DNA from: an uncultured Alphaproteobacteria bacterium
GTDB lineage: Bacteria > Pseudomonadota > Alphaproteobacteria > RF32 > CAG-239
Direction: 5' to 3'
Length of the DNA: 64,000 nucleotides
NCBI GenBank assembly: GCA_944393175.1
Contig: CALXZH010000024.1
Coordinates: 29,813 to 93,812 of the forward strand
Position numbers and translations under genes: made by a program
Notes under the pieces: model-generated
What the model was told of the DNA's origin: nothing
Seen by the model: the letters and a program-made list of their open reading frames with translations, nothing else
Databases searched by the model: none
Part shown: positions 37,696 to 46,047 of the stretch, in pieces
Position numbering within the stretch: position 1 is the first letter of the stretch
Layout of the letters: each line of letters opens with the position of its first letter

Positions 37696-39693
37696 GTGCC
37701 CGAGTATGATGAAACATTCTTAAATTTAAGATTTATGACTACTTTTGCTTCAATGGCCGCTAAACTTGCCGGAAAAACAAAATCTTTTGTAAAATCACAT
37801 CCGCTGTTTTCGGCTTATGTTAATAGTTTTGCAGATGTTTATCCCGCTTTGGAAAATTTGGCGCTTTCGGCAAATATTGATTTTAATCTTAATCTTTATC
37901 TTCCAAAAGTCGATAAAAATTGCACCTATGATAAGGTTAATGCATTTTTTTCTGTGGCTCCGGAACTTGCTCAAAAGTTATCAGCAAAATTTCCGCATGT
38001 TTATCCTTGGTATGAGTTTGGAAATTCAGAGCAATTATATGCCGCAAAAGTTAATGTCGATGAATCGTCCGATAAAGTTACAAATAAGTATTGGATGAAT
38101 GCCACGCTTAAATTGGCTAATACAGAAATCTTATTGCGCAAATACAACTTGAAATATTATTTGTTTGAAAGTATTGATGAGGCGCTTTTACCTGAAAAGT
38201 TAGCACAGTTGGTACAAGCGCATCTCTATGAAAAAAATTTGAAATGTGACGATACGGACGTTGCTCAAATTTTATATGAAGTTGGTCATAATTTTTTGAT
38301 GAATCATGCCAAAGTCACTTTGCCTGATTTATCGGAAACGGTTGGCGTTCAGTTAGCTAAAAAATACCAAGTGTCGGAAAATCTTACAGCTCATGCAACT
38401 TGGAAAAAAAGTATGGAACAGTTGCATTCCATTATTAGTTCTTCCCAGAAAAAAGATGCGTTTTTTAATCTTTATGAAAGGTATTTGGAAAGACATAGAA
38501 AGGGTTTTGCCGATGCTTTGAGTGATAAAGATATGTTAGAAAAAATTGTTGCCGGAAATAAAATTGTATTTCCATCTGAAACAGAATTGAACAATTATAA
38601 CGTCTCTCATTTGGAAAAAGTGAAGCAATATGAAGAAAATGGTCGTGTTTTTGAAAAAGAGTGTGCTTTGCAAATTACTTCTGTTCTGAGTATGGTTTCT
38701 GCTCAATTATATCGTAAATCTTCCGGTGTGTATGATGCCGTACTTGGGGAAAGTTTTTCTGCATTCGATACCATGCAAAGCTCCCTAAAGAAAAATATTC
38801 CATTTGATTTTTTTGATGCGGTTACAAAAGTTGCCCGATTGGGGAAGCAATCGCAAAATCAAAATACTCATCCGTTTATTTGTGATGATAAAACGCTTTT
38901 AATACTTAAAGAAAAAGAACATTTAACAGATGTCGATAAGAGTATTTTGTTTGCACAATTAGATGCTTTTATTGAGAATTATGCCGCTTTCAGAAAAAAT
39001 GAGAAAAATACTTTCAATCAAACATTTGAAAATGTTTTAGACGATATTTCACTTAGAAAATCTTGTTTACCTAAGCTAAACCTACTTTCCTTAATGAAAT
39101 GGTCGTATAATGAGCAAATTGCAGAACAAAATTTCAATCAAATTCAAAATAAGCAAGATATTGCGTCCAGGCTGGAACACTTGCATCATCATAAATTTGA
39201 CTATTTAGTGGATTATTTAGATACGGCAAAAAATATTTTTCCGGAATGTGCACACATTAATTCGCTTGAGAAAGCCGCTGAAATTGATAAAAATGTGTGT
39301 GTTAAAATCTTAATTCCTTTTTATTGCGGACAGTCTACTCAAATAAATCACAGCCAACAGCAGAATTTTTTTGAAAAATTGTTCTATGATTATGCTCGTT
39401 CCGTGTTCCCTCAGCATAAAGCTATATACAAAATGTTAGAGAGCAAAACAGTACCGCAGGGGAAAGAAGGGCAAAAAATTTTTGGTTTAGGAAAAAAAAT
39501 AAAAGATTTGCAATTTAATTTGCAAAAAAAATCTTATTTGTTTTCAGTATTGAAACAGGTGGATAATTCACTTGAAAATGAGAAAAATGTATATTCTAAC
39601 TACTTGAAAATAAAAAATAATAAGGTTGATGTATTATCCATGAATCAAATGCAAAATTTGGTATTGTCTGTTTGGAAAGAAAGAAAAAAATAA
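37696..39693 (+). CDS. hypothetical protein, Lys/Asn/Glu-rich orphan (665 aa)
   Basis: Long uninterrupted ORF, AT-rich codon usage, no recognisable motifs; ends ~80 bp before tRNA-Phe. Confidence 0.45.
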   Translation: MPEYDETFLNLRFMTTFASMAAKLAGKTKSFVKSHPLFSAYVNSFADVYPALENLALSANIDFNLNLYLPKVDKNCTYDKVNAFFSVAPELAQKLSAKFPHVYPWYEFGNSEQLYAAKVNVDESSDKVTNKYWMNATLKLANTEILLRKYNLKYYLFESIDEALLPEKLAQLVQAHLYEKNLKCDDTDVAQILYEVGHNFLMNHAKVTLPDLSETVGVQLAKKYQVSENLTAHATWKKSMEQLHSIISSSQKKDAFFNLYERYLERHRKGFADALSDKDMLEKIVAGNKIVFPSETELNNYNVSHLEKVKQYEENGRVFEKECALQITSVLSMVSAQLYRKSSGVYDAVLGESFSAFDTMQSSLKKNIPFDFFDAVTKVARLGKQSQNQNTHPFICDDKTLLILKEKEHLTDVDKSILFAQLDAFIENYAAFRKNEKNTFNQTFENVLDDISLRKSCLPKLNLLSLMKWSYNEQIAEQNFNQIQNKQDIASRLEHLHHHKFDYLVDYLDTAKNIFPECAHINSLEKAAEIDKNVCVKILIPFYCGQSTQINHSQQQNFFEKLFYDYARSVFPQHKAIYKMLESKTVPQGKEGQKIFGLGKKIKDLQFNLQKKSYLFSVLKQVDNSLENEKNVYSNYLKIKNNKVDVLSMNQMQNLVLSVWKERKK

Positions 39694-39724
39694 AAATTTT
39701 TTTGTGGTATATATCATTTTTAGC

Positions 39725-39753
39725 TGGACAAGCCCAAAAATATGTTTTATAAG
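39725..39753 (+). promoter_or_regulatory. sigma70-like promoter for tRNA-Phe (TGGACA-17 nt-TATAAG)
   Basis: -35/-10-like hexamers with 17-nt spacing, -10 ends 17 nt before tRNA 5' end. Confidence 0.4.
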
Positions 39754-39770
39754 CTTTCTCGTTGAGCGTT

Positions 39771-39846
<76 letters not shown>

Positions 39847-39974
39847 TCTAAAAGCCTTGGTTTTCCAAGGCTTTTTTTGTATTCAGTTCATGGCGTTTTT
39901 CTTGATGCATTCAACCAGTAAGCAAATAGTAAGCACTTCTATAGTAAATTCTTATAAGTTTGTGTAAGATTTGT

Positions 39975-40301
39975 TTAAATACAAAAGCAGACAATCCTTT
40001 CTTCTGTGTTTATATATAGGCTGTTACTTTCTACTCTTTTTATGAAATCTTCATCTGTTTCCTCCTCTGATTTATATTCGTCAAAATTACCCCAATCGCC
40101 ATTGATGATTGCATTATCTACGACAATATCTGGACGATTATTCTCGGAAATTCCACATTCACGGATTAAATCGCAAAAATAGTCCCATAAACAATCGGGA
40201 ATATGCCAATTGTAATGAGATTCTACAAAATTGCGTCGATTATCTAATAAATCAATATAATCATCGACGTCTAACTCAATTTTTATGGTATTATTTGTCA
40301 T
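39975..40301 (-). CDS. small acidic hypothetical protein (island cargo)
   Basis: ~108 aa from MTNNTIK (AAAGGA RBS); very acidic (DVDDYIDLLD, EEETDEDF); no family recognised. Confidence 0.4.
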   Translation of the reverse strand: MTNNTIKIELDVDDYIDLLDNRRNFVESHYNWHIPDCLWDYFCDLIRECGISENNRPDIVVDNAIINGDWGNFDEYKSEEETDEDFIKRVESNSLYINTEERIVCFCI

Positions 40302-40772
40302 TATCTTTTCCTTTAAGAATAACAGTTGAATAGACAATGTTTTTTTCAAAACATCACTAATCACTTGAAAAATTGGAAAAGCAAACGAATTTTCGTGTTC
40401 TAGGATAACATTAAAATGCGGTAACTTGTTGATTTTTCATGTATAAGTTTTGTTTAAGTGTTATTTTTGTCTTGTATGTATATATAAGTTAAAAAGTTAC
40501 AGAGTAATTTTGAGATTGAAGAGAAATATATTTATTGGCTTTCTATAAGTAAGGTAAAGAAAAATAACGTATTAAAAAAGTATTACATCCCCCATAGTTC
40601 CCAAAATAGGGGGAGTATGTATATGGCTAAAATCTATATATGACCTTAATAGCATGTGATTATCATTTTAGAGTATTTACATCTATAACTCAACTTGATG
40701 TTTTATTAATTTATATTTTACTATTGTGAGATATCTTTTATAGCCTAGATGTTTTTATGGAAAGGAAGAAAC

Positions 40773-41066
40773 ATGAAGAAAGTTTTAGTTGTTTGGGCTG
40801 GTATGTTGGGATTATCAGCTTGTGTAACTCATGTTGATGTTGCTTACCAGCAACAAGGAAGTAATTGCTTGTATTCAGAAAAAGTTTCAGGTGAAGGTCT
40901 TTTTGGCAGAGATAGAGTATTGGAAAAAACGATATCTTATGAAGCAACACAATGTTCTCAAGTTATTGCCAGTGATTTAAAAAATAACAATAATAAGGAT
41001 CAATCAATTGTGACCACTACAGGCTTTTTTGATGATAGTCCGGTAGTTGCTAGAGCTGTTAAGTAG
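40773..41066 (+). CDS. small lipoprotein (island cargo)
   Basis: 97 aa; signal peptide with lipobox LGLSAC; AAGGAAG RBS before ATG 40773. Confidence 0.45.
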   Translation: MKKVLVVWAGMLGLSACVTHVDVAYQQQGSNCLYSEKVSGEGLFGRDRVLEKTISYEATQCSQVIASDLKNNNNKDQSIVTTTGFFDDSPVVARAVK

Positions 41067-41346
41067 TTACAGTTATGCTATGACACATCATAGAGAAGGT
41101 GCTTTGTTAGCGCCTTCTTTTTTTATGTCAATATGTTATGGTGTATATTTCTTGTCCATCTCTTTAATATATAGAGAGATGGACAGAGAAAGAAAAATAA
41201 TCCTTGATTTTGAGAAGTATTATCGCTAACATTTTGTTAGCTAATATTTTATTAGTTAGTGCCTGAAGAGGTGCGGAGCTTTCATCGGCTCCTACTACAT
41301 TCGGTGTTAGGGATAACATCGTTAATTGTTATTATAACAATAATAT

Positions 41347-41380
41347 CCCCGACTATGGCTCAATGGTCGGGGAGCTTTTA
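41347..41380 (+). terminator. hairpin + U-tract (terminator-like) within structured leader
   Basis: CCCCGAC-12 nt-GTCGGGG followed by AGCTTTT. Confidence 0.4.
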
Positions 41381-41473
41381 GCATATGTTCAGAAATCATA
41401 TTTCTGTCTTTGAAAGAATGTGGTTTTAAAAGCTATAAGAATCATTTAATGTAGTATGATTGATGAACTCTCC

Positions 41474-41507
41474 GACCACCTTCTAAACAGGTGGTTTTTC
41501 TTTTAGA
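41474..41507 (+). terminator. hairpin + U-tract immediately upstream of DUF805 gene RBS (possible attenuator)
   Basis: ACCACCT-TCTAAAC-AGGTGGT followed by TTTTTCTTTT; RBS GGAGAGG begins 5 nt later. Confidence 0.45.
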
Positions 41508-41524
41508 TTTTGGAGAGGTATTTC

Positions 41525-42277
41525 ATGAATTCTTTGGTTCAGCTAGTGAAACATTCATTGAATGATGTTAATTCTACAAAAAATATTGATGTAATAAATG
41601 TAACAACTCGTTCAACACTATTACACGCAAAACATGTAAATAAATTTGAAAATCAATCAGATCAAACAAGTGAAATACAACAAATAGATAGCAATGTAGA
41701 GCATCCAATGCAATATCACATATCGCAAGGTACTATGATTTTGTATTTGCTATTTTTGGGTATAATAGGTGCTATTATATTTTATTTTATATTTCGAAAA
41801 GATAAGCATGATATGAAAGAAGTTAAAATGTTGAAAAATAAAAAATTTTCTATTTACAATCCTGCATTTGGCAATTTATTATTTTGTTCTGGTAGAATAA
41901 ATCGTTTACATTATTTTATCTATACACTTATTTTATCTGTGTTTTTTATGTTTCTGGTTTGGGGAATGATTTCCCTCAAAATAGATCCTGAATCCATTTT
42001 ATACACCGTAATTATTTTACGGTGGGTGGTTGGTCTCCCTCTTGTGTCCAAAAGATGCCATGATATTAATGTCAGTGTAAGTTATTATATTATGTATTCT
42101 ATATTTTGCTGCTTACTCTCTTTGTTTTCAGCAGATGAGTTTAGTCAGATTGTAACGTTTTTAATTAGAGGAGTTGATACTATAATTGCATTAATATTGT
42201 TGTTTAAGAAAGGAACTAATGGCAATAATAGATTTGGTATTTCCCCTTTGAAGACTAAGGAGAAAAAAAATGACTAG
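41525..42277 (+). CDS. DUF805-family inner-membrane protein with ~70-aa N-terminal cytoplasmic extension
   Basis: C-terminal 3-TM region with DUF805 hallmarks (GRINRLHY, KRCHDINVS, NRFG near C-terminus); ATG 41525 preceded by GGAGAGG; stop overlaps next gene start (ATGA). Confidence 0.65.
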   Translation: MNSLVQLVKHSLNDVNSTKNIDVINVTTRSTLLHAKHVNKFENQSDQTSEIQQIDSNVEHPMQYHISQGTMILYLLFLGIIGAIIFYFIFRKDKHDMKEVKMLKNKKFSIYNPAFGNLLFCSGRINRLHYFIYTLILSVFFMFLVWGMISLKIDPESILYTVIILRWVVGLPLVSKRCHDINVSVSYYIMYSIFCCLLSLFSADEFSQIVTFLIRGVDTIIALILLFKKGTNGNNRFGISPLKTKEKKND

Positions 42278-43829
42278 AAAATTTAAATATAGCCTTTGTG
42301 GCTTTGTTATATTTATAATTCTTGCCGTTTCTGCTTGTATATGCACGAATAATCAAGATGAGCTTATTCAGGATGATAAAGTTGCTTTTTCTCCTTCTAA
42401 AGAGTGTGAAAATACAATTATTAGCCTTATAAAACATTCTGAGAAAATTGATATAGTCGTGTTTGATATTAATAATGATAATATTGTTGAGGCTTTGCAG
42501 AAAGCTGAAAAACAAGGTAAAAAAATCAGAATACTTACGGATAAAAGACAAGCAGCGACTAAAGCCTCTAAAGTTATAGATTTGTATAAAGCTGGGATTA
42601 ATATTCGTGTAAATTCAAAGAACAAAATTGAACATAACAAATTTGCGGTATTTGATAATAAGTATGTGATTACAGGTTCTTATAATTGGACTAATCCGGC
42701 AAGTGAGAGAAATAGTGAAAATTGCCTTCTTTCTGTGGAAAATGAAGATATTATAGAAGATTATAATAATCGTTTTGAGTATTTGTGGCAGATAAATACA
42801 AAGAAAAAATCTGAGGCGTGGTTCCACAAAAAATTAAATCAAAAACAATATAATAATCGTAAATATATTACCAAACAGCAGCAAAAAAAGATAGAAAAGG
42901 TCTTAGATGATAGTATTCAGACCTTTTCGGCTAAGGGTGGCGCGGTTATTGTTTTAGATGCAGATAGTTCTCAAGTGCTATCGATGACTTCTATCCATAA
43001 AGGGGAGGGTGTTGTTGATTATATTGCGGATTATACATACCAACTTGGTTCGATTTATATGCCGTTTACAGTTGCTTTGGGTATAAAACAAAATGTTGTT
43101 TCAAATACGACGGAATTTGATGTTTCTAAGCCTTTGAATGTTCAAGGGTATAACATTTCAGACGTTAATCCTCTAAAAGTTGATAAAATTACTCTGCAAG
43201 ATGTGTTGTCTAAAAGTTCTAACATTGCGACTGCACAAATTGCTACGGATATAACGCCTAAACAACATAATAAATTTTTAAAATCTTTAGGTTTGGGAGA
43301 ACCGATTGTTTTAGAAAATTTGCATACAGCTAAGCCGATTTTACCGGATTTAGATGATGAAATTACTATAGCCAATTTGGGATATGGTTTTGGTATTTAT
43401 GCAACGCCATTACATGTGGCAGCAGCTTATGCAGCTTTGGTCAATGGCGGTCAATATCATGCCCTATATCTCAAAAAATCTGAAAAAACGGATGGTAAAC
43501 AAGTTATTCCTTCCCAAATATCGAAAGAAATGCGTGAATATTTACGTCAAGTCGTTACAAATGGTTCGGCAAGAAAAGCTAATCTTTCGTATGTAGATGT
43601 TATGGCAAAGACAGGAACTGTGTCTAAAATGATTGATGGAAAGTATCATGACAATATTGTTATAACTCATGTTGTGGGAAATTTTGAATATAATGGTATG
43701 CACTATGTTGTATATGTTTTACTTGATGAACCGCAACCGACAAAACAAACTTATGGGTTTGTAACGTCAGGTTGGAATGCGGTTCCGACGATGGCTCAAA
43801 TTATTAATATCATAGCAAAAAAATCTTAA
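42270..43829 (+). CDS. lipoprotein fusing an N-terminal single-HKD phospholipase-D/Nuc-like nuclease domain to a C-terminal class-B PBP transpeptidase-like domain with degenerate SxxK (SIYM)
   Basis: Lipobox AVSAC; HKD motif H122-x-K-x4-D129 followed by GSYNWT (Nuc/PLD family); C-terminal domain shows PBP motifs SSN (316-318) and KTG (447-449) at canonical spacing, but the SxxK position reads S261-I-Y-M264. Confidence 0.65.
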   Translation: MTRKFKYSLCGFVIFIILAVSACICTNNQDELIQDDKVAFSPSKECENTIISLIKHSEKIDIVVFDINNDNIVEALQKAEKQGKKIRILTDKRQAATKASKVIDLYKAGINIRVNSKNKIEHNKFAVFDNKYVITGSYNWTNPASERNSENCLLSVENEDIIEDYNNRFEYLWQINTKKKSEAWFHKKLNQKQYNNRKYITKQQQKKIEKVLDDSIQTFSAKGGAVIVLDADSSQVLSMTSIHKGEGVVDYIADYTYQLGSIYMPFTVALGIKQNVVSNTTEFDVSKPLNVQGYNISDVNPLKVDKITLQDVLSKSSNIATAQIATDITPKQHNKFLKSLGLGEPIVLENLHTAKPILPDLDDEITIANLGYGFGIYATPLHVAAAYAALVNGGQYHALYLKKSEKTDGKQVIPSQISKEMREYLRQVVTNGSARKANLSYVDVMAKTGTVSKMIDGKYHDNIVITHVVGNFEYNGMHYVVYVLLDEPQPTKQTYGFVTSGWNAVPTMAQIINIIAKKS

Positions 43830-43911
43830 AACATACATCGAGTAACACAAAATAATTATATGCCTGTCCAATATATTATATATATAAATATTGGACAGGC
43901 TATATTATATG

Positions 43912-44970
43912 TTATTTTTCAGCTTTCAGAATGTTGCCGATAGTTGATTTGGAAATTCCTGTTGTATTAGCAATTTCTCTATAGCTTGCACCTTGTTCAT
44001 GCAATGTTTTTACGATAGAATAAGTATCAACCCAAGCAATACCTCCGTCCGTAGTATCTACTAAATCAATATTAAAATTTGAAATGTCTTTGCTCGAAAG
44101 GTTACGGTTCTTTTCAAATTTTAAACGACATCTACCGCCGTAAATCGCATATTCGTCTGATATATCTGAATAGTTTTCTTCAGCTTCTTCTGTTTTGGTG
44201 AGCTTTTTCTTGTTTGGTGTCGTGACTTCAAGATTAATCACTGTATCTAGTATATCTTCTCTTTTAGATATTCCTCTTTGGCCACCTCTCTTTCCAGAAT
44301 GATGAACTAATAATACAGCAATTCCTTGTTTCCTTAGCTCCATTAGCCACTCTTGAATTATAAGCCAAGCATTCCCGTCTAATTCATCTATCTTAGTTAA
44401 AGATGATATATTATCTAAGATAACAAATTTTATATTTTCGTTGAAAATAATATCATTAATATTTTTTTGCATTAAACCATACGCAATATCAATTGAGGTA
44501 AATGGTTGTAAATCCGCTGAAAAAATATGCAAGTTGTCCATTGCATTCACTTCTGTATCAAAATTTTTAGCTATTTTTGAAAAGCGTTCTTGAAGTAAGT
44601 TTGCTTGCATTTCCCCATCAATATATAACACATTTGAAGGTTTATAGGCTTTCCAACGTAAGAATTTACTTCCAGTTGCAATTGCGTAAGCTAAAGACAT
44701 AGCAAAAAAGCTTTTTCCTACTCCTCTATAAGCATGTAACATTGTTAGACTTTTAGCGTGAATAATCGGATCAAGTAGCATTTCTGGCTTAGGCAAATTC
44801 AATTGCATAAAATTCTTTAAGTTAAATATTTTACAAGGATTTTTATTCTCTTGATTATTTGTAATATTTATATTATTGTCGTTTGCAGGATTGGTTGATA
44901 AATCAATCGTTTGTTCTACTCCGTCTTGTTCCAGCAAGGCGGAATTTTTTATATCCATATTATCTTCCAT
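43912..44970 (-). CDS. RepA/DnaB-like RecA-fold ATPase (AAA_25-like) with C-terminal HTH; island replication/mobilisation protein
   Basis: Walker A AYRGVGKS, Walker B FVILDN, HHSGK motif; C-terminal HTH (SYREIANTTGISKSTIGNIL). Confidence 0.65.
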   Translation of the reverse strand: MEDNMDIKNSALLEQDGVEQTIDLSTNPANDNNINITNNQENKNPCKIFNLKNFMQLNLPKPEMLLDPIIHAKSLTMLHAYRGVGKSFFAMSLAYAIATGSKFLRWKAYKPSNVLYIDGEMQANLLQERFSKIAKNFDTEVNAMDNLHIFSADLQPFTSIDIAYGLMQKNINDIIFNENIKFVILDNISSLTKIDELDGNAWLIIQEWLMELRKQGIAVLLVHHSGKRGGQRGISKREDILDTVINLEVTTPNKKKLTKTEEAEENYSDISDEYAIYGGRCRLKFEKNRNLSSKDISNFNIDLVDTTDGGIAWVDTYSIVKTLHEQGASYREIANTTGISKSTIGNILKAEK

Positions 44971-45217
44971 AGTTTATCTCCTTTTTTGAATATTCAGAAG
45001 TTGATGTTACTTTAGAGGTTTGCGAATCTAACCAATCTAAAACGTCTTGCTTTTTGTATAGTCGCTTGTTTCCCAATTTTATATAAGGGATACCACCGCC
45101 TGATACAGCTTTGCAGTTAAACCATGAGATTGATTTGTTGAGATATGCAGCAACAATTTTTGTTGGCAACAATGCATCTGCCGGAGCAGATAGAAAATTA
45201 TTTAAATTATTATTCAA
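44960..45217 (-). CDS. AlpA-family phage/island regulatory protein (excisionase-like HTH)
   Basis: 85 aa; AlpA-like pattern (PTKIVAAYLNKSISWFNC...GIPYIKLGNKRLYKKQDVLDWL); overlaps repA-like start by 11 nt. Confidence 0.65.
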   Translation of the reverse strand: MNNNLNNFLSAPADALLPTKIVAAYLNKSISWFNCKAVSGGGIPYIKLGNKRLYKKQDVLDWLDSQTSKVTSTSEYSKKEINYGR

Positions 45218-45345
45218 ATCTTTTTCCTTTCTTTAAAAGGTTACAGTTTCAATCAACTGCATTCAAAGAATTAGGAAAAATCTTTAGAGAAGTATAGTCC
45301 TCAACTTAGATGATGTTGTACCCTACTGGGTAAATGTACAAACTT

Positions 45346-46029
45346 TTATTGAATATTCTTTTTCTTCTTGGGATATAACATTCTTCGAATCGATAAAGAA
45401 TAGTCTGAATTGCACCAATTATATGCTATTTCTTTTGCATATTCCTGAAGTTTTTTTATATTTTCTTCTTTATTGGCAAAATGATTTATGGTTAATTTTT
45501 TATTCAAGTTTTTTTGCTGTTCAAATAAATCCTTGGTATATTTCTTTAGTCTCTCATGCTTGTCGTTTTTGGCTTTTACTCCTGCGTTGCTTATTTCGAG
45601 CTGTCTTTCTTGTAATATTTGTTTAGCCAGTTCTGCATCGGTATATTTGAGATGTTTGATACAAATATCAAATCCATTAGAAAATACTAAGAAGGCAAGG
45701 TATAATCCGTCTTTGTTATTTTGAAGTCCTGTATATATATTGTGTAGCTTTTGTTGTAGAACTGTCAGTTCTTTATTGGGATAAACTTTATTACCTTTCC
45801 AAAAATCAACTACTGTCTTTATGGTTAAATTTTTTTCTTCTTTTTCTAGCAAAAATACAGAAATATTGATTAAATTTATGAATAATGAGCTTGTTGCATA
45901 ATTATCAGCCCCAAACCCCGTTAAATTATAAAAATATTCGCTGGGATCTAATATAAAATAATCCTGATTAAGATTATAAGCATCGGTTATCAATAATTCA
46001 TAAATTTCTCTGATTTCTTGTCTTTTCAT
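45346..46029 (-). CDS. hypothetical protein (island, between int and alpA)
   Basis: 227-aa ORF, no recognisable motif; sits where satellite regulators are often found. Confidence 0.4.
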   Translation of the reverse strand: MKRQEIREIYELLITDAYNLNQDYFILDPSEYFYNLTGFGADNYATSSLFINLINISVFLLEKEEKNLTIKTVVDFWKGNKVYPNKELTVLQQKLHNIYTGLQNNKDGLYLAFLVFSNGFDICIKHLKYTDAELAKQILQERQLEISNAGVKAKNDKHERLKKYTKDLFEQQKNLNKKLTINHFANKEENIKKLQEYAKEIAYNWCNSDYSLSIRRMLYPKKKKNIQ

Positions 46030-46047
46030 AAAATAACCTTCTCTGTG

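Noticed and set aside
40585-40615. TCCCCC-15 nt-GGGGGA hairpin in the AT-rich island spacer
   Set aside because: An isolated short hairpin with no U-tract and no gene context. Noted but not interpretable.
41510-41524. TTG start (MERYF...) for the DUF805 gene as given in the ORF track
   Set aside because: The TTG lies inside the terminator U-tract and the GGAGAGG RBS follows it. The ATG at 41525 is correctly spaced from that RBS.
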